This document shows positions 38,542 through 52,306 of a stretch of 64,000 nt of DNA, piece after piece. Positions within the stretch are counted from its first letter, which is position 1. Every line of letters begins with the position of its first letter. The notes beneath the pieces are model-generated. The model was not told the DNA's origin, did no database searches, and worked only from the letters and a program-made list of their open reading frames with translations. The stretch is from Tricharina praecox (Eukaryota). Where the stretch lies: positions 744,001-808,000 of the forward strand of contig NW_026250414.1 of the NCBI RefSeq assembly GCF_024521635.1. The letters are read 5' to 3'. Position numbers and translations under genes: made by a program.

Positions 38542-40413
38542 TTAAACCGCAACGTTCCGCTTCGTCAGCCTGGCCTCGATGCCGGTCTGCTTGACGAACC
38601 AGGTGTTGTGCTCGACCCACTCCTTCTCGGGGTTTGTGAGCTGAATATCGAACTGTCTAAAGAACTGTGGGATGAAGCGGTGGATCTCAGCCATAGCGAT
38701 GTTCCTTCCGATGCAAGTCCTGGCACCGGATCCAAACTGAAACATGTAGCGGTCCATATTGGCGGCCTCGTCGCGGAACCAGCGGTCAGGGTTGAAGTCC
38801 TCCGCGTCCTTGCCGAATATGCTCGCGTCGTAGTGCAGCACGTACGGGTTCACACCCACTCGGCAGCCCTCGGTAAAGAAGTGTCCGCAGATCTCGCGGC
38901 CGCCGGTAGGTACGTGTCGGGGAAAGGTCAGTGCGATCGAGGGGTGCACGCGCATCGACTCCTTGATGACGGCGACGAGGTAGGGGAGCTTGAGGGCCTC
39001 GGCGTAGGTGATGTTGGCGCTGAGCCGGCCTTCCGCCTGGGCGGCGTCGATTTCGGCTTGCAGCTTGGACTTGGCCGAGGGGTTCTTGGAGAGGTGGTAC
39101 AGGGCGGTGCGCATGGCGATGGCTGTGGTGTCGCCGCCGGCGAAGATGGCGGTGTAGGACTCGGTGTACACGTCGGTGATGTCGAAATCGGGCGCCTTCT
39201 CGTCGGCAACCTTGAGCAGCTTTGCCAGCATGTCCGTCCGGGTGGACTTGTTGCCCTTGCGCTCATCTACGAGACGCTTGCTCTCGGCGGCAAGAGAGTT
39301 GAAAACCTTGAGTCCGTGACGGAGAGAAGCAGAGAAGGGCAGCAGGAGAACCTGGAAGGGACGCATCCAGTTGTAGAGAACACCCATGCGGATGGCGTGG
39401 GGAAGGATGATGTCGACGGCTCCGATGTAGCCGCCGACGTCGCGGCGCTCGTTGATGAAACCGAACATGCGGCCGAAGAAGAGCTCGCCGATGACGTCCA
39501 TAGCATACCTATCGCACATTCCGCGTTAGTAAGGAGATTGGTCGGCAGTGAAGATTGCTACGTACCACTGCAGGTATTCGCCCATGTCGATGGACTTTCC
39601 GTTCTCGGCGAACTCATCCAGAACGGTGAAGAAAGCATTGGTGGCGTTGTCGATGTACTGCTCCGACTCCAAGATTGAGGACATGGAAAAGATGTTTTGG
39701 ATCATGCGGCGCCGGAAGCTGTGCTTCTTCTCGTCGAGCTGGGTGAAGGAATCGCCATGGGGGGCTGCAAGCGGCCAGAACCGTCAGCGGACTGCAACCA
39801 AATCCAGAGATCACTTTCGGGGGGAACATACAGAGGTTGGGAGCTTGTGTGGGGTAAAAGTCGGTCTGTGAGCGGTGTCAGTGGGTAAGTCATATCGAAA
39901 CACGCCCTCCTCCCCCTGGAGACTGCAGTCATTCGCTTCTCCATGCCCTCGGCACTGACTCCGCATGGTGGGGGTTCCAGCGGCCAGTACCGACAGCTTG
40001 GATTCTCGCCCCGACATTACGCAGTGAGAAAGGTACGAACCTTGGTGTAACCTGCGTTGATGGCATAGATTGCCTTCATGGCGGCGGGGTCGGAGACGGA
40101 GACCTCATTGGGGGCAATCCTGACGAGGGGACCTGAGCGGAGTGTCAGCTTTGGATACGGAGTGATCGATCATTCCCACATGCGGAGGGCATCATGACAT
40201 ACCGTATTTCTTGTGCAGCGCCTTCGTGTACCGGTGCATGTCCTCGGCATTGATCCGTTGGAGATACCAGAACCGGGTGATGGACGCCCAAAACGGGCCG
40301 GGAATGCCAGCATACGGTGAGTACACGCGCTGATACACCACCCAGGAAACTGCAGAGACCACCAGGGCTACCGGATAGAACAGAGGATTCGAAAGAAGGC
40401 CTGAGAGAAGCAT
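38542..40413 (-). CDS. Cytochrome P450 monooxygenase (pisatin-demethylase-like type); exons 40413-40203, 40132-40041, 39865-39832, 39764-39566, 39508-38542
   Basis: N-terminal TM helix, IPGPFWAS, HKKYGPLVRIAPNEVS, I-helix AGGDTT, K-helix KESMR, FNPDRW, heme motif FGSGARTCIG; four GT-AG introns in frame. Confidence 0.96.
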
Positions 40414-41350
40414 GGTTGCGCGGCTTCACTCACTCACGGTGCTGTGACGGAAACAGAAAACAGAAAACAGAAAACAGAAAAGGTAGGCAAAAGACACGTG
40501 GGAGTGAAGGTTTCCTTGGTGGGAAGTGAAGACCGAGTGTAAAAACGTGGGAGGAGGGATGAAATATTAATATGCGAAGTTGGAGAGGAGGAGCCCGAGC
40601 TTTTTTTGCTTTGGAGGGGGGTTGCTGACATGGCAGCGGAAGAGATTGGATGGCGCTTGAGCTCTTCGTAGTCATTTAACAACAAAAGGAAGGTGGGAGC
40701 ACTGTTCGAGAGCGTCGGTACTCCACTTGCTGCGGCTGCTGCAAGCTGATAGGCGTGCAGTATCCAATGGCTCCCAGCACCGGTATGCTTCTATGCCGTG
40801 TAGCAGACAACACCTGAGGTGGAGGGGGGACACTTAGCCGAAGGGACGGAGTTGTACGCAGCCACCGTGTGGGTTTCCGGGTGTCTCCCAGGACCATGAA
40901 CTTGCAAGCACTGTCCCTACTCGGCTCACGAGAGGATCCGTGCGTCCGCTCCACATGCAGTGCCTACTCCACACGTGCAAGACGAGCAACCGTCGTGCTG
41001 GAAGTCACGCAAACCTATGGTAGGTACTGTACCTACCTAGCCCATACGGCCGGCGTGATTGCGGGCACTGGCGGGTGACCCCCCGGAGCTCCGCGAAGTC
41101 TGGCCCAGGGGAGTGGGCGAGGGTTTCAAAGGGAAGAAACGGACACTTCCCCCGCGTCGATGTAGGCAGTTAACTTGATCCTAGGTACTCTGCACGCGGC
41201 ACTCAACCGCACAAACCCAACGGTGGCGGAATTGAAATATGCACGTATGATTATTACAGACGCAACTGGCCTAGGACACCTTGTTGCTCCCCAATCGGTA
41301 ATCGCTGTCTGGCCCTTTCCCACCGGGTATGGGGGCTGCGGTGTTAGTGG

Positions 41351-41443
41351 TGGCGATGGTGATGGTGGTGGTGGTGGTGGTGGTGGTGGTGGTGGTGGTG
41401 GTGGTGGTGATGGTGATGGTGGTGGTGGTGGTGGTGGTGGTAG
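41351..41443. repeat. (GGT)n microsatellite
   Basis: About 30 trinucleotide units with occasional GAT interruptions. Confidence 0.95.
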
Positions 41444-43882
41444 CGGTGAGCAGGGGCCAAGACTGGAGTCCGCGTCTCTTACTATGCGATCCCCCACACT
41501 ACTCATTCGAAGACTGACGCCGAAAGTCGTCAGCTGGCGCTAGCTCTGTACAGTCGGCGGTACTCTCTCTACTCTAGGCGTGTGGTGAAGAAGTCGGTTG
41601 GAAACGGAAGGACGGACGGACGGCTGGCAGCAGTTGCAAGGGTACCGTATCATATCTACCTAGTCTACCGTATATTCTTGCTCTGGGTTGCTCGACCGGA
41701 CACGTTCGGTATAGCCGCAGACCACTATGCGACGTGCGTTCTACTCTGGGTATGCTTCCTACCGTACTCCATCACCTTTGGGCCTGCGGAAAGGGAAAGC
41801 CCCCCACCTCGTTACTGCAACTGGAATTGGCTCTCCTTTCCGGCCTGCACTAGCTAATCAACTCCCGGCAGCAAGCAAGCCTTCTGCCACCGAGACGGAA
41901 CAGCGGTAGTTGCCGTTTATTTCTCCCTCCCTTGATGTCCTTCTCGAGTGTCTCCCTCTCTCTTCGCTACCGGAATAGGGGGTCGTTGGTATAGGTAGGC
42001 AAGTATTACTATAGATACCTATGTAATAGTAGTTAGTAGTTAGTAGTTAGAAGTAGTTGGTGGTCAGAAGTAGTAGTTAGTTGGCGTGGTTATCAGGAAC
42101 AGAAACAGGAACACAAACAAGAACAGAAACAGCCCCCCTCCCTCCCCAGTTGCAGTGTTCCACAGCTGTTAGGCGAGATATGTCGTGTCCATTGCAAGTT
42201 GCACATTCCCATCTCACGCCCCCAATCCAACAATCCTATTGGCGACGTTGTGTTATGTTGTATTGTTATTCGGGCGGAACCCATGCTAATGACTTGGTTT
42301 TCTGCCTCGGGGAGGAGCCGGGGGAGCTGTTGGTTGGTTGGTTGGATGGTTGGATGCCCCCCCTTCTTCCTGGGCTCCAGAAGAAGGTGCAAATTGTGCG
42401 ACGGTTGGCAGCTTCCCGATGGAGAATAAGCGCGGCCTGCGGCGGGCGGGTCGTCAGTGATCTGCGTCACTGCGTGGGATGAAACATGCACCTGGCACCT
42501 GCAAATCGTTTCCGAGAAGGAAACGCCGAAGCGTCTGTAGGATGAGTACTACCTATGATGGTAAAGAGTAGAGTACCGCCCCAGTGGTGCGCTGCGCGGG
42601 ATCGTTGCGGATAGATGTCAACAACCACGCCACCACAGCACATTCTGCGATCTCGCGGGCTTCCGGAAGTGCCAATCTTTACGCGATACTGTAGTAAGTA
42701 GTAGTACCGGTAATAGTAGCAGTAGTGGTAGCAGTAGTAGTAGTAGCAGTAGAGTACTAATAGTAGTACTATACGGTAGTAATAGTAGTAGTAGCAATAG
42801 TAATAGTAATAGTAATAATAGCAGTAGTAGCAGTAGCAGCAGTAGCAGCAGTAGCAGCAGTAGCAGCAGCAGTACCTGCGCCGCGTTTATCTGATCCATC
42901 ATCCATCTGATCCGTATGATCCATCTGATCCATCTGATCGGCTCCGAGAAGAATGTTGCAGCCATTTCTTTCAACACGGCCTGACGCAGCCATGCAACTA
43001 TGTACATATCTACCGGAAACGAGTCAGCCTCTCTCGGGATCCCCTCGCGTGATTCTCTTATCCCCTCTCTCTCCACCCCGCGGCAAGTGGAATTGGAGTT
43101 GCAACTGCAACTGCAACTGCAATTGTAGCTCGGGTGATAGGTACGAAGCTGCTTGCGTGTCGATACTCCACCGTACCTTCCCCCCTCCTCCTCCCAGCAG
43201 TAAGGACACCAACTATTACCGGGTAGATGCCTACCGGTATGTACCTAGGCATAGCTCTGACAGTTGGCCAGGTACAGCTCTACATCTACACATCCAACCA
43301 TCCCGAAGCGGCCGTGTCATCATCACGACCACAAGTCACGGAACCGGAGGGGCAAGTTGATAATTGGCCGCCCAAAAAAACAAAACAAACACAGATCTGC
43401 ACCGCACGGACACAAGCTTTACCGGCAATTGAGGGGGAAGGGGGGGATGTTCCTGCCTGTCGGGTCCTGGTTCTTGCGCTGCCGAAACAATGACATGCCT
43501 GGATACCTACCGCATCCATACGCTGACTCCGTTGCTCCTCCGCCTGCTCCTCCGCCTGCTCCTGCTCCTCCTCGGGCCAAAGCCCAGCCCAGCCCAGCCG
43601 AGTTGCATCGGTTATGTACCTACTCGTCGTATCGGCAGGCAGGTGAACAACCTCCGTATTCATCGCGATGGATTATACATAAGTCGGTTGAGGTATATCC
43701 CCACCTAAGGGGTTGGTCGGTGGGGGGGGACTCAGGGGTGCACAAAAGAAGTGGGTCGCGGGAGGATTTTCATTGGTACATACATACGGTACCTACATAC
43801 AGCCTTTGGAGGGAGGAGGGAGGCGGCCTGCCAGGCCTGGAACCAACTGCTTTTCAGTCACGACGACAAATTAAGGCTCGGG

Positions 43883-43914
<32 letters not shown>

Positions 43915-45240
43915 TGGCCGCGGAATACTCGACCGCTAGAGTTGTATTTAGGGTGTGTTTGTGTGTGTGAAGAATTGGAGACGCCAGTTGGAGGAAAGTG
44001 TTGGACATTCTGATTGGCTTACTCTTTCATACACACGCATGTGCGCAAAAGCCACAGCCAACTAGAGCATCTCTATAACTAGATGATTCCGCTCGAAAGG
44101 GAATAGCCCCACGCCCGCTGCAACTCGTCACTTGTCGAACGAATCCTTTTTTTCTCTTCAGGCCCCAACCTTCATTCAGTTGCCTATAGCACTCTAGTAG
44201 TTATCTTTGATCCCCTTTCGTTTCCATTCCTTGTGTTGGAAAGGGAATGCCGAAAGCTACGCGAAAAAAAGAGTAGAGCACGGCTCCGAGTTGGTAGTTA
44301 CAAAGGTACCATAGCGAGCTCGGCCTTGCCGTGGAAGATGGAACAACTCTTGTCGAGTTCTTGCTCTGGGGGCCGGTGGGGTCAATCGGCCGATCGTCCG
44401 TCTAAGCTCCCGCCATTTTGTTCCAGCCATCGTGATGAGAATCTACTCTTTCCTACTCTACTACTACCAACCGGTAACTAGTAGCTGTGCTCAGTGTGAG
44501 TGCCCCAACTGCATCGTGTTTCTGGCGAGTCGGCGAGTCGGCGAACGGGCCTCCTCCTCGTCCCCCCTCCATCGCATTGGTCCGAGACGAAAACCTGAAT
44601 CTCTGCTGCTGCTGCATGGGGCTGGCCTCAACCGCTGGGGAGCCTCTCTCTCCCGAAGGCTTGAGTGGCGAGCTGGTTGGTTGGAACCGGGTTGCGGACG
44701 GTGGAGGTGGTGATGATGCTGGCTGGCTGGCGGGCTGGCATTTCGTTCGGGCGCGGCATCTATGATACAGCTAATGCAAGAGCCCGTTTTGACATCTGCG
44801 GGCGACGGCGGTGTTCTGCCGGGGCTGTTGCTGGGTGGTAGAGTCGAGTAGGGACGCATTGGAAACCAAGCTGCCAAGTCTGTCACAAAGTTCCGCGAAA
44901 CTTGGGGCTACATTCCTAGGACATGGGGTCCTCCCGCCCGCGGACGATGACAGCGGTCTGAACGTCCTAGTAACTACTAGGTAGTAGCTGCTCGGCACGC
45001 TGTGGGCCACTCATGGGCCTACCCAAACAAATAAATACCTACTCATGGTAGGGTGCTGCCCGTGGGGATTCCGTCAAGAGAGATCCAGGACCGATACATA
45101 CACTCGACATATCCGAGATTTGAATCTGACGTCGTCGGTAGCCTCAAGCACCGGTATCCCCTCTCTTCATAGATATACGGACCTCCGCCCCACCCCCCGA
45201 CCCCGAATTACGAACACAATCCGAACTCGAGTCTGTAACC

Positions 45241-46552
45241 ATGGTCAACGCACCAGGGCTAGTTCCGACCGAGGAGGACTATGCAAGAACTGCGGGACTG
45301 GAGGCTGGTTGCTACGTGTCGTTCGCAATCGCGATACTTTTTGTGGCCGCACGGTAGATACATCCCCCTCCGCGTCATCGTCGAGGAATCACGCAACTGA
45401 CGAGTGTGATGAAACCAAAAGACTCTATGCCCGAATCATGATCGTAAAGACGTTTGGGTTGGATGACTTCTTCCTCGTCATAGCAACGGTAAGCTTACAC
45501 TTTACGTCGACCGATCGACCGACGAACATCTCGCAGCAACGAATTTGTCTAATTCCATTATTCCACAGCTATGGTCGCTCGCCATCATCGTGTGCGTTCC
45601 GATCATGTTCCGGCTGGGCATCGGCAAGCACCTGATCAACCTGACGATGGACGAATTCCTGGTGGCGCGGAAATGGGCGTGGCTCTCTCAGATCTTCTAC
45701 TACGGGGCATTAGGATGCGTCAAGTGCGCGATCGTAGCACTATACCACCGGCTGGCCTCGCAGCCCAAACACAAGTCGGCGCTGAAGTGGATCGGCGGCG
45801 CGGTGCTGGCGCACACGATCGCGGCCGTCATCACGACCGCGCACATGTGCGATCCCGTCGCCATCATCTGGCAGCCCACGTTCCCCGTCGGTTGCATCGA
45901 CATTCTGAGCTTCAACTACTTCAACGCCGCGTTCCACATCTTTACCGATCTGCTGCTCGCCGTCCTGCCGATTCCGATCCTGAAGGGATTGCAGATCAAC
46001 CACAAGAAGAAGATTGCCCTGGTCGTTGTGTTTGCCGTCGGCGCGCTCACCATCTTCTGCACCATCGCTCGCCAGGTCACTAATGCCATCGCGCTGAACA
46101 ATATGGACTTTAGCTGGTACGTCGTCTGATGCGTCTCATCTATACACCCCCGCCGTACCTCCAGAAAGCTAACAAGTTTTTTCAGGTACTGGGCCTCGGC
46201 CGAGCTCTGCACCTGTGTCGAAGTGAACATGGGGTTGATCTGCACCTCGCTGCCAGCTTTGCGACCACTGTTGAAGAACGTCGTAACGAACCTGGGCTCA
46301 TCAGGAGACGGCTACGAGATGAAGAAGTCCGGGCGCAGTCCGTTCAGCTCGAAGCTGGGCGGCGTGTCCAAGAACGGCGAGGACAGCGGCTACTCCACCC
46401 GCATATTCGCCAGCAAGAAGGGCAGCCAGCTCGAGTCCGGCAACGACAGCGAGGAGCACATCGTCCCCCCCTCGGCGCCCGGCCACGTCGTCAAGAACGT
46501 CGAGTATACCGTCGAGTACAGCAATAGGACCGGCGGAGGGCCGGCGGTCTGA
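45241..46552 (+). CDS. PTH11-like integral membrane protein (fungal rhodopsin domain, no CFEM); exons 45241-45353, 45422-45488, 45569-46116, 46186-46552
   Basis: FVAARLYARIMIVKTFGLDDFFLVIA, GIGKH, KCAIVALYHRL, CDPVAIIW..C, HIFTDLLLAVLPIPILKGLQ..KKKIALVVVFAVG, EVNMGLICTSLPALRPL: the standard 7-TM PTH11-like motif series; canonical introns. Confidence 0.93.
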
Positions 46553-48489
46553 ATATCTCGAAGCTCGAAGCGAGCGCGGAACGGAACGGTGTCTGGTTGG
46601 TTGGTTTGCTTGTTCGGTTCGGTTGATTTTTTCGGGTGCCCCGGGGTTTATTTCTTTTGTCTAACCTTCAAAACTTTTTTACGGATTCAATTTTTTATTT
46701 TCGGATGGGCCGGGCGCGGGGGGTATAGAAAGATTTATGTTTTTTCTTTTTATGATTCTACTATATTCACTCGCATTTTGTGTGCTTGCTTGCTTGGTCG
46801 CTCGGGAGGAACTCTGGATTAGGTAGTTTTTTTTTGGTTTTATGGGGGCATATTTTACTATGCCATGTGTCCAGTATGTATCCAACACAGACTGGATGTC
46901 CTACACATTTTTGTACAGAATAACCGGAGGGATACGGGTATCTTTTTTTTACTATATACTGTGGCTGGATTTTGGAAATACCATGCCACTTTTCCTTTCC
47001 GCTTCGGAAGGAAGGAACTCTCTTCGAAAATCGAATGGTATTTTTTCACGAATACGGGGTGGTGGTGGCGGTGGTGGTTCGGTCCGGGTCTGGGTCGGAG
47101 ATTTCCTTTCCGTTGTGCAGCGAGTCCAGACGAGCTTAGATATCAGAGTGGATCGTCCTGCTCGAGAACGTACCGGGGACGGGGGGTGTGCTACAGTTGT
47201 AGTAAGTGTAAGTATCCTCGCGACTGCCGTCATTGCCGATATGTAGGAATATACCGATACCTATGCGTATTCCAGGGCCAGGGGGCGAGGGGGTTGGTGC
47301 CGGGGGCCGACGACGGAACCGACGACGACGACCGGCAAGAGCCAGAGTCCCCTCGGTAGATGGGAAAGGGGAGGTGGTCCCAGCAGAGCGAACCGAGATA
47401 GTCAACGGCGAGGCGAGGCGAGTTTTTTTCCTGACGTAAACCGGTTGAATGACTGGGGAAGGGCTGGTACCTACATACCTCGCCGGATTAGTAAAGTGCT
47501 GCACCGGGTATCACTCGCCAAGTATGTTCCTTGCACCCGGCAGATGGCGGTATGAATAGTAACAAGTACATACGAGGGTTCTCCCGTACCTCAGATTTCG
47601 GACAGACCGCCACATCGAGGAGTGGCTGCACACTGCCGACCGGATGATTGGATCGCCAAGTAGAGTAGTTTCGACTTGTCTCCACAGTACTATACGGTAT
47701 AGGAGAGCATACGTTTCCAGTGTTCGCCGCCCCGCCCCGCCATTCGCTTCGCCCGAGTTCAGGACTCGTCATCTCGAACCATGCCGCGATGTACCTATCA
47801 TCTCCGAGTATCCGACCTATGACCCCTTAACAAGCAGGAAACTTCCGTCTTTGCGTCAGGCCATAGCGGGGCAACTCGGCATCCATCTCCTGCACCGACC
47901 GCATATGTTAATCCACCACAGCTTGCAACATCCAGGGGCGCAAGTAAACGAGAGGTTGAAATTCAACTGGTGATCCCCCTTTACCCATCCATCTATCATC
48001 TATGTGCTTCCACATCCATCCCCCTCCATCCCCCAAGCATCCCCAGTGTTTGAAATAGTCCGGTCCGGACTGCCAAGATACATTCCAGTCCAGTCCGAGT
48101 CTCAGGACGAACGGACTGGACCATCTCGAATACTGAGCTGCTGCATCTCTCCAGCCATCCATCCACACCCTTCACTCGTCGAGCGCTCCCTCCATCCACG
48201 GTCCACCCCTACTGCCGGCCACGCTTCAACTACCACCACGGTGGGTCGGTGGCATCCACACGACGACCGTCCAGAGCGTGTATTCGCGGCGGGCGGCGGA
48301 CATATTGCTGGCAGAACGACGGGCATTCCCGAGGTGCTAAGGGACAAGTCGCAAAACCGAGCCATTGACAATTGTGGTAGTGGAAAGAGGATACTGTAGC
48401 GAGAGGCTTTCGAGGAGCAGAGCGGGATGGCTAATGGGAAGGCGAGGTATGAAATCGTCGGAGACGGGGGCTCTGCTGCTGTTGCTGCT

Positions 48490-48760
48490 GTGGTTTTGCA
48501 GACGGCTCTTTTGCCAACACCCCTCCAGGCTGGAGGCGGAATCGAGAGGAGAGCACACACAGAAGAAAGGGGAGATAGGGGTTGATCGTCTATTCTGTAG
48601 AGGATGATCGAGAAAGGAGGAGAAGAAGAAGAAGACCCCGCCATGCCCGCCAACGTTGAGGCCCACCAACGTTGATGCCCACCACTAACCACATTCGCTT
48701 CTTCCCGCCGACAGGTCCTCCTTCACTTCCTCCTCTCGCCGAAAGCTCCTCCTTTCGCTC
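48490..48760 (+). repeat. Dispersed repeat copy 2 (paralog of 26550-26870)
   Basis: Direct nucleotide similarity; ORF-track translations also match (FCRRLFCQH.SR.EA..RE..TQKK.EIGVDRL). Confidence 0.85.
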
Positions 48761-49106
48761 CACCACAGTAGGCTGCGGTGGCAGTGAAAGTTTCGTCTTC
48801 GGCTCTACTACTTCGTCACGGAAATATGCATCCCTCAAATACGGCGGGCCCAGGAAGTCTCGTTTACGATCACTCGGCGATTCAGAACTTGGGATCATCG
48901 TGGCCTATAAACGACCATGTGTGCGCAAGCTACGCCGGTGGTGGACGATACCTAGACTGCATCACCGATCCACCTTCCGTACCATACGTCTGCCGGACGG
49001 CACGAGCCACGGGCGCTCTAGAGAATAGGAATCACATGCCTGGGTTTCTCTCCCACTCGCCAGTCGACCCCCACAAGGTGCTTGGTAGTTGGTGGGGCTT
49101 ATTGGG

Positions 49107-49297
49107 GAGTTGATAGTGAATGGCTGCTGGGTAAGGGAATGAGAAGTCGATAGTGAATGGCCGCTACTTAGGGAGATGAGGAGTCGAGAGTGAATGGCCG
49201 CTGGGTAAGTACTAAAGGGTTGAGGAGTCAATAATCAATGGCCGCAGCGTGAGGGGATGAGGAGTCGAGAGTGAGAGTGAGAGTGAATGGCCGCTGG
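49107..49297. repeat. Degenerate minisatellite, ~5 units with core (GAG)GAGTCGA(G/T)AGTGAATGGCCGC
   Basis: Core recurs every ~36-48 bp with variable linkers. Confidence 0.8.
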
Positions 49298-49826
49298 AGC
49301 CTGGGACCTGTGTAAGGGGTTCAGCGAATGTCACTCGGAATTTGCATTATCTATCCAAGCTTCATGCTCGGTTCAAACTTCAGTCACATATCGCCACTTG
49401 ATTGAGAAAGTGGCTCGACCGAGCGGGCTTTACCTGTAGCCTAGGCTGACAGCCCATAAGCCCGCCAGACTGAACCGACGATAATTCGGGGCGAGTGATG
49501 GATATCGGAAACCATACACACCACCCCTATCGCTGCCACTAAACCACCCTCTCGACAACAATAACAGTAAAAACCATCACTAAATCGTCCTCCCCTGGAA
49601 GAGCCCGGTTCTGAAAACATTTCGGGTAATAGTGCAGAATCCTCGCATCTCTTCAGACTTCCTTCCCGTATGTATAGAATATCCTCTTCCGCTGCGATAA
49701 ATGATTCTTGCCCTGCCCCGACTTGCCATCACCATAGGAATCAGCATAAACAGCCCGGCCAAACGTCTGGACTTAGGCTGCAGCGCAAGCAGCCCATCCA
49801 ATTGTGCAACTAGCCCTTACAATCAC

Positions 49827-52155
49827 TGTGGAGGGAGCGTAGGCACTAGGATACGTCTAGGACACGTAGAACTTGAGTTTACATAATCGGTCGAGGGGTT
49901 TGATTGTGAAGCGAGATCAGCGACTGACCGTCGAATTGAGAAGAAGCTTGATTCTCAAGGTAAAGGTAGTCCGCATGACCATAACACATCTCTTAGAAAC
50001 AGAGATCCGAAGAAGAAAAAAAACACATCAACAAATAGTACAGAAACACATCTTTTGGAGGAAAAAAAAGTGATCCTCCGTAGCACCCTCAAATCTTTCC
50101 ATCCTTATCCACCGCTGAGCCTTTCTCATCATCATCATTATCCTTCTCTCCACTGTCTATCGGTCATCCTTCCTCCTCTTCCACGGTGCATGCGTCCCCC
50201 ACCCCTCTCGCGGTATCTTCCATAGGCTCGCTGACGTGCCTGCGCTGCTCTATTTTCTTCATCCCTTGCTGCGGAGGCCATCCCCTCGTCGAATCACATG
50301 CATTCGTCCGTCAAGCGATCGAGGCTTTTATATTCTCTGCAGTATTGACTGGCTGATGGGTCCAGGCCGGCCCTGATTTTTAGCACCTTATTATCCTCGT
50401 TGAAACCTAGGTATGCTCCCTCGATGAGATGCAGTTTTTCGTATGCGTAGACTGTATAGGATTCGTCTACCCTCTTGAGCCTTCGGTCGCATTCGTCCTG
50501 GAATAGTCCTAACGAGATGCCCCACCTTGCGGTCATTCTTCTCTTCATGAACTCCCAACAACCAGGCCGAGAGATCATGTACTCGATATCGGTGTCGCCG
50601 AGGTAGAGAAACCAGTAGTATACTGCGTAGCCTTCAACCAGGCAGTACGGGAAGACCGATGAGCACACTCGCTGCTCTCCATAAATGTTGACCATGATTT
50701 TCATTGCCTTGATCCAATGAAAGATGTTTTTGCCGTACTCGAGTTTCGGCAGTATGTTTGGATCGAACTCGTAGGCGTGCGAGGCAGGTGCATCACTGGT
50801 GTCGGGCAACGTTGGTAGGATGCTGACCACGATATGAGGTTCGTTCAAGTCCATTTCCGGGGCCACCCAGGTACCGGTTTTAATCTTGTTCCGTTCCGCG
50901 ACCATGGACTTGAGACGGTCTCTAGCGACGTTCAACGCTGCGGCAAGTTGCGCATCTCGCTCTCTAGCAAGATCGACTGCATTTGCGTCAGGTCCTCTAG
51001 ATTGTTGGGAGGCCTGTCCATCGCGTCGAGTCTGCATTGCTGCTTCCGACTGGGCAGTCGCGATTTCTTTGAACATCTGACGTAGTTCCTCCGACGGTTT
51101 TATTTCTGCGAGTCTGTCCATATCTGGTGTTTCGGGACGTGGGAAGTTTCTCGTCAGAAGACTGGAGAACGACTCGATGACGTCGTCGATGTCAGCCTGT
51201 TGACGTTTCCGGTTGTGCCGTGCCCCGGATGGTGTATCGAAAGGGTTTATGTATTCTCTAGGGGGTGCGGCTTCGGTTCGGCCTCCGGAACTGCGAAAAC
51301 TTCGGGGTGGCAGGACGTCGGACGATCTGTGTGTACAGAACCGTTTCGACTGTTGCTCGGTGTGTTGGCGTTCGCGGGCCTGGCCGAGGGACGTCAGGTG
51401 GAGCTTCTGTGATTTTACTATGGGTGCGACGAGAGCTTCTGTTGCTCGCCGTACAATCGAGTCGAAATCAGATGAAAGTCTGGAGAATATGTCACCGTCT
51501 GACGGACCTGCGAGTGAGACAGTCAGTAAACATTGTCAATTCTAGTGTCACGCTTGGTGTCGTGAAGATTGCCGGGATAAGTGACAGAGATTGGATTCGT
51601 ACAGGAAGTGCAGTCTTGGGCGTGGTACTAACCCTGAGTTCTTCTCGGTCCTCCGGGAGGGAATGCAATCGGAGAGGTGGTTGACGGGCTGGTCAATGGT
51701 AAGGCTGGTGAGAACCCGAGTGAATCGGGAAGATTGTCGAGATGGGCTTCCAGTGGCAAGCTCGACGGGGCGATGAAAGCCTGCAATAATACTGGCCTTC
51801 TCGGTGGTTTGAAGTTGGGAATGGCCCTCGGTTTTGGCAGAGGTCACCGAGGAGGGTCGTCCCAGTTATTGTGTCTGGGGGGGTTCGTTGATAGTAGGAG
51901 TAGATGGACGGCGTCCTCGGGGAACAGTGGTGACTATCTAAGAAATTAGAATGGACTGTGAGAGTGCTTCGGGACTCCTTCAGCAAGAAACTGTGACGAA
52001 GGGGCAGAGGACGGACCGTCGGTGGCTCTACTTGTAGAGGGAGCGTAGCTCCAGCCTCCGGGACAAGTAGAACCTGAGACTAATCAGTCGAGAGGATTAA
52101 TCGTGTGAAGAGAGGTCAGCGACTGACCGTCGAATGCAGAAGAAAAAGCTTGATA
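49827..52155 (-). mobile_element. Degenerate gag-only LTR-type retroelement
   Basis: Diverged direct repeats ~49827-49955 and ~52033-52155 (TGT(G/A)GAGGGAGCGTAG..GTAGAAC.TGAG..TCAGCGACTGACCGTCGAAT..AAGCTTGAT), both ending CA on the minus strand, flank a gag-like ORF; no pol seen. Confidence 0.6.
50294..51121 (-). pseudogene. Retrotransposon Gag/capsid-like ORF
   Basis: Coiled coil followed by LPKL..NIFHWIKAM..AVYYWF..CWEFMKRRMTARW..RLKRVDESYTVYAYEK..KIRAGLDP, which resembles the Ty3/gypsy capsid W..W..QxxxES..Y..GL pattern; the frame continues past the TGA into an RG-rich tail. Confidence 0.6.
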
Positions 52156-52228
52156 GAACGGATATGAGAGAAAAAACGTGATCAATTGGAAAGGTTTATG
52201 ATGATGATGTCTGTTGTGATGAACAAGA

Positions 52229-52306
52229 GACGGACAGAGAAGACGGACAGAGAAGACGGACAGAGAAGACGGACAGAGAAGACGGACAGAGAAGACGGAC
52301 AGAGAA
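52229..52306. repeat. 13-bp tandem repeat (GACGGACAGAGAA) x6
   Basis: Directly visible. Confidence 0.95.

Noticed and set aside
38608-39678. 356-aa plus-strand ORF
   Set aside because: Antisense shadow of the GC3-rich P450 exons
42618-43076. Poly-Leu ORF resembling a membrane protein
   Set aside because: Translation of a (TAG/CAG/TAA)n microsatellite
49107-49297. Repeat-spacer-like array resembling CRISPR
   Set aside because: Eukaryotic context, degenerate repeats, short linkers related to each other, no cas genes; it is a minisatellite
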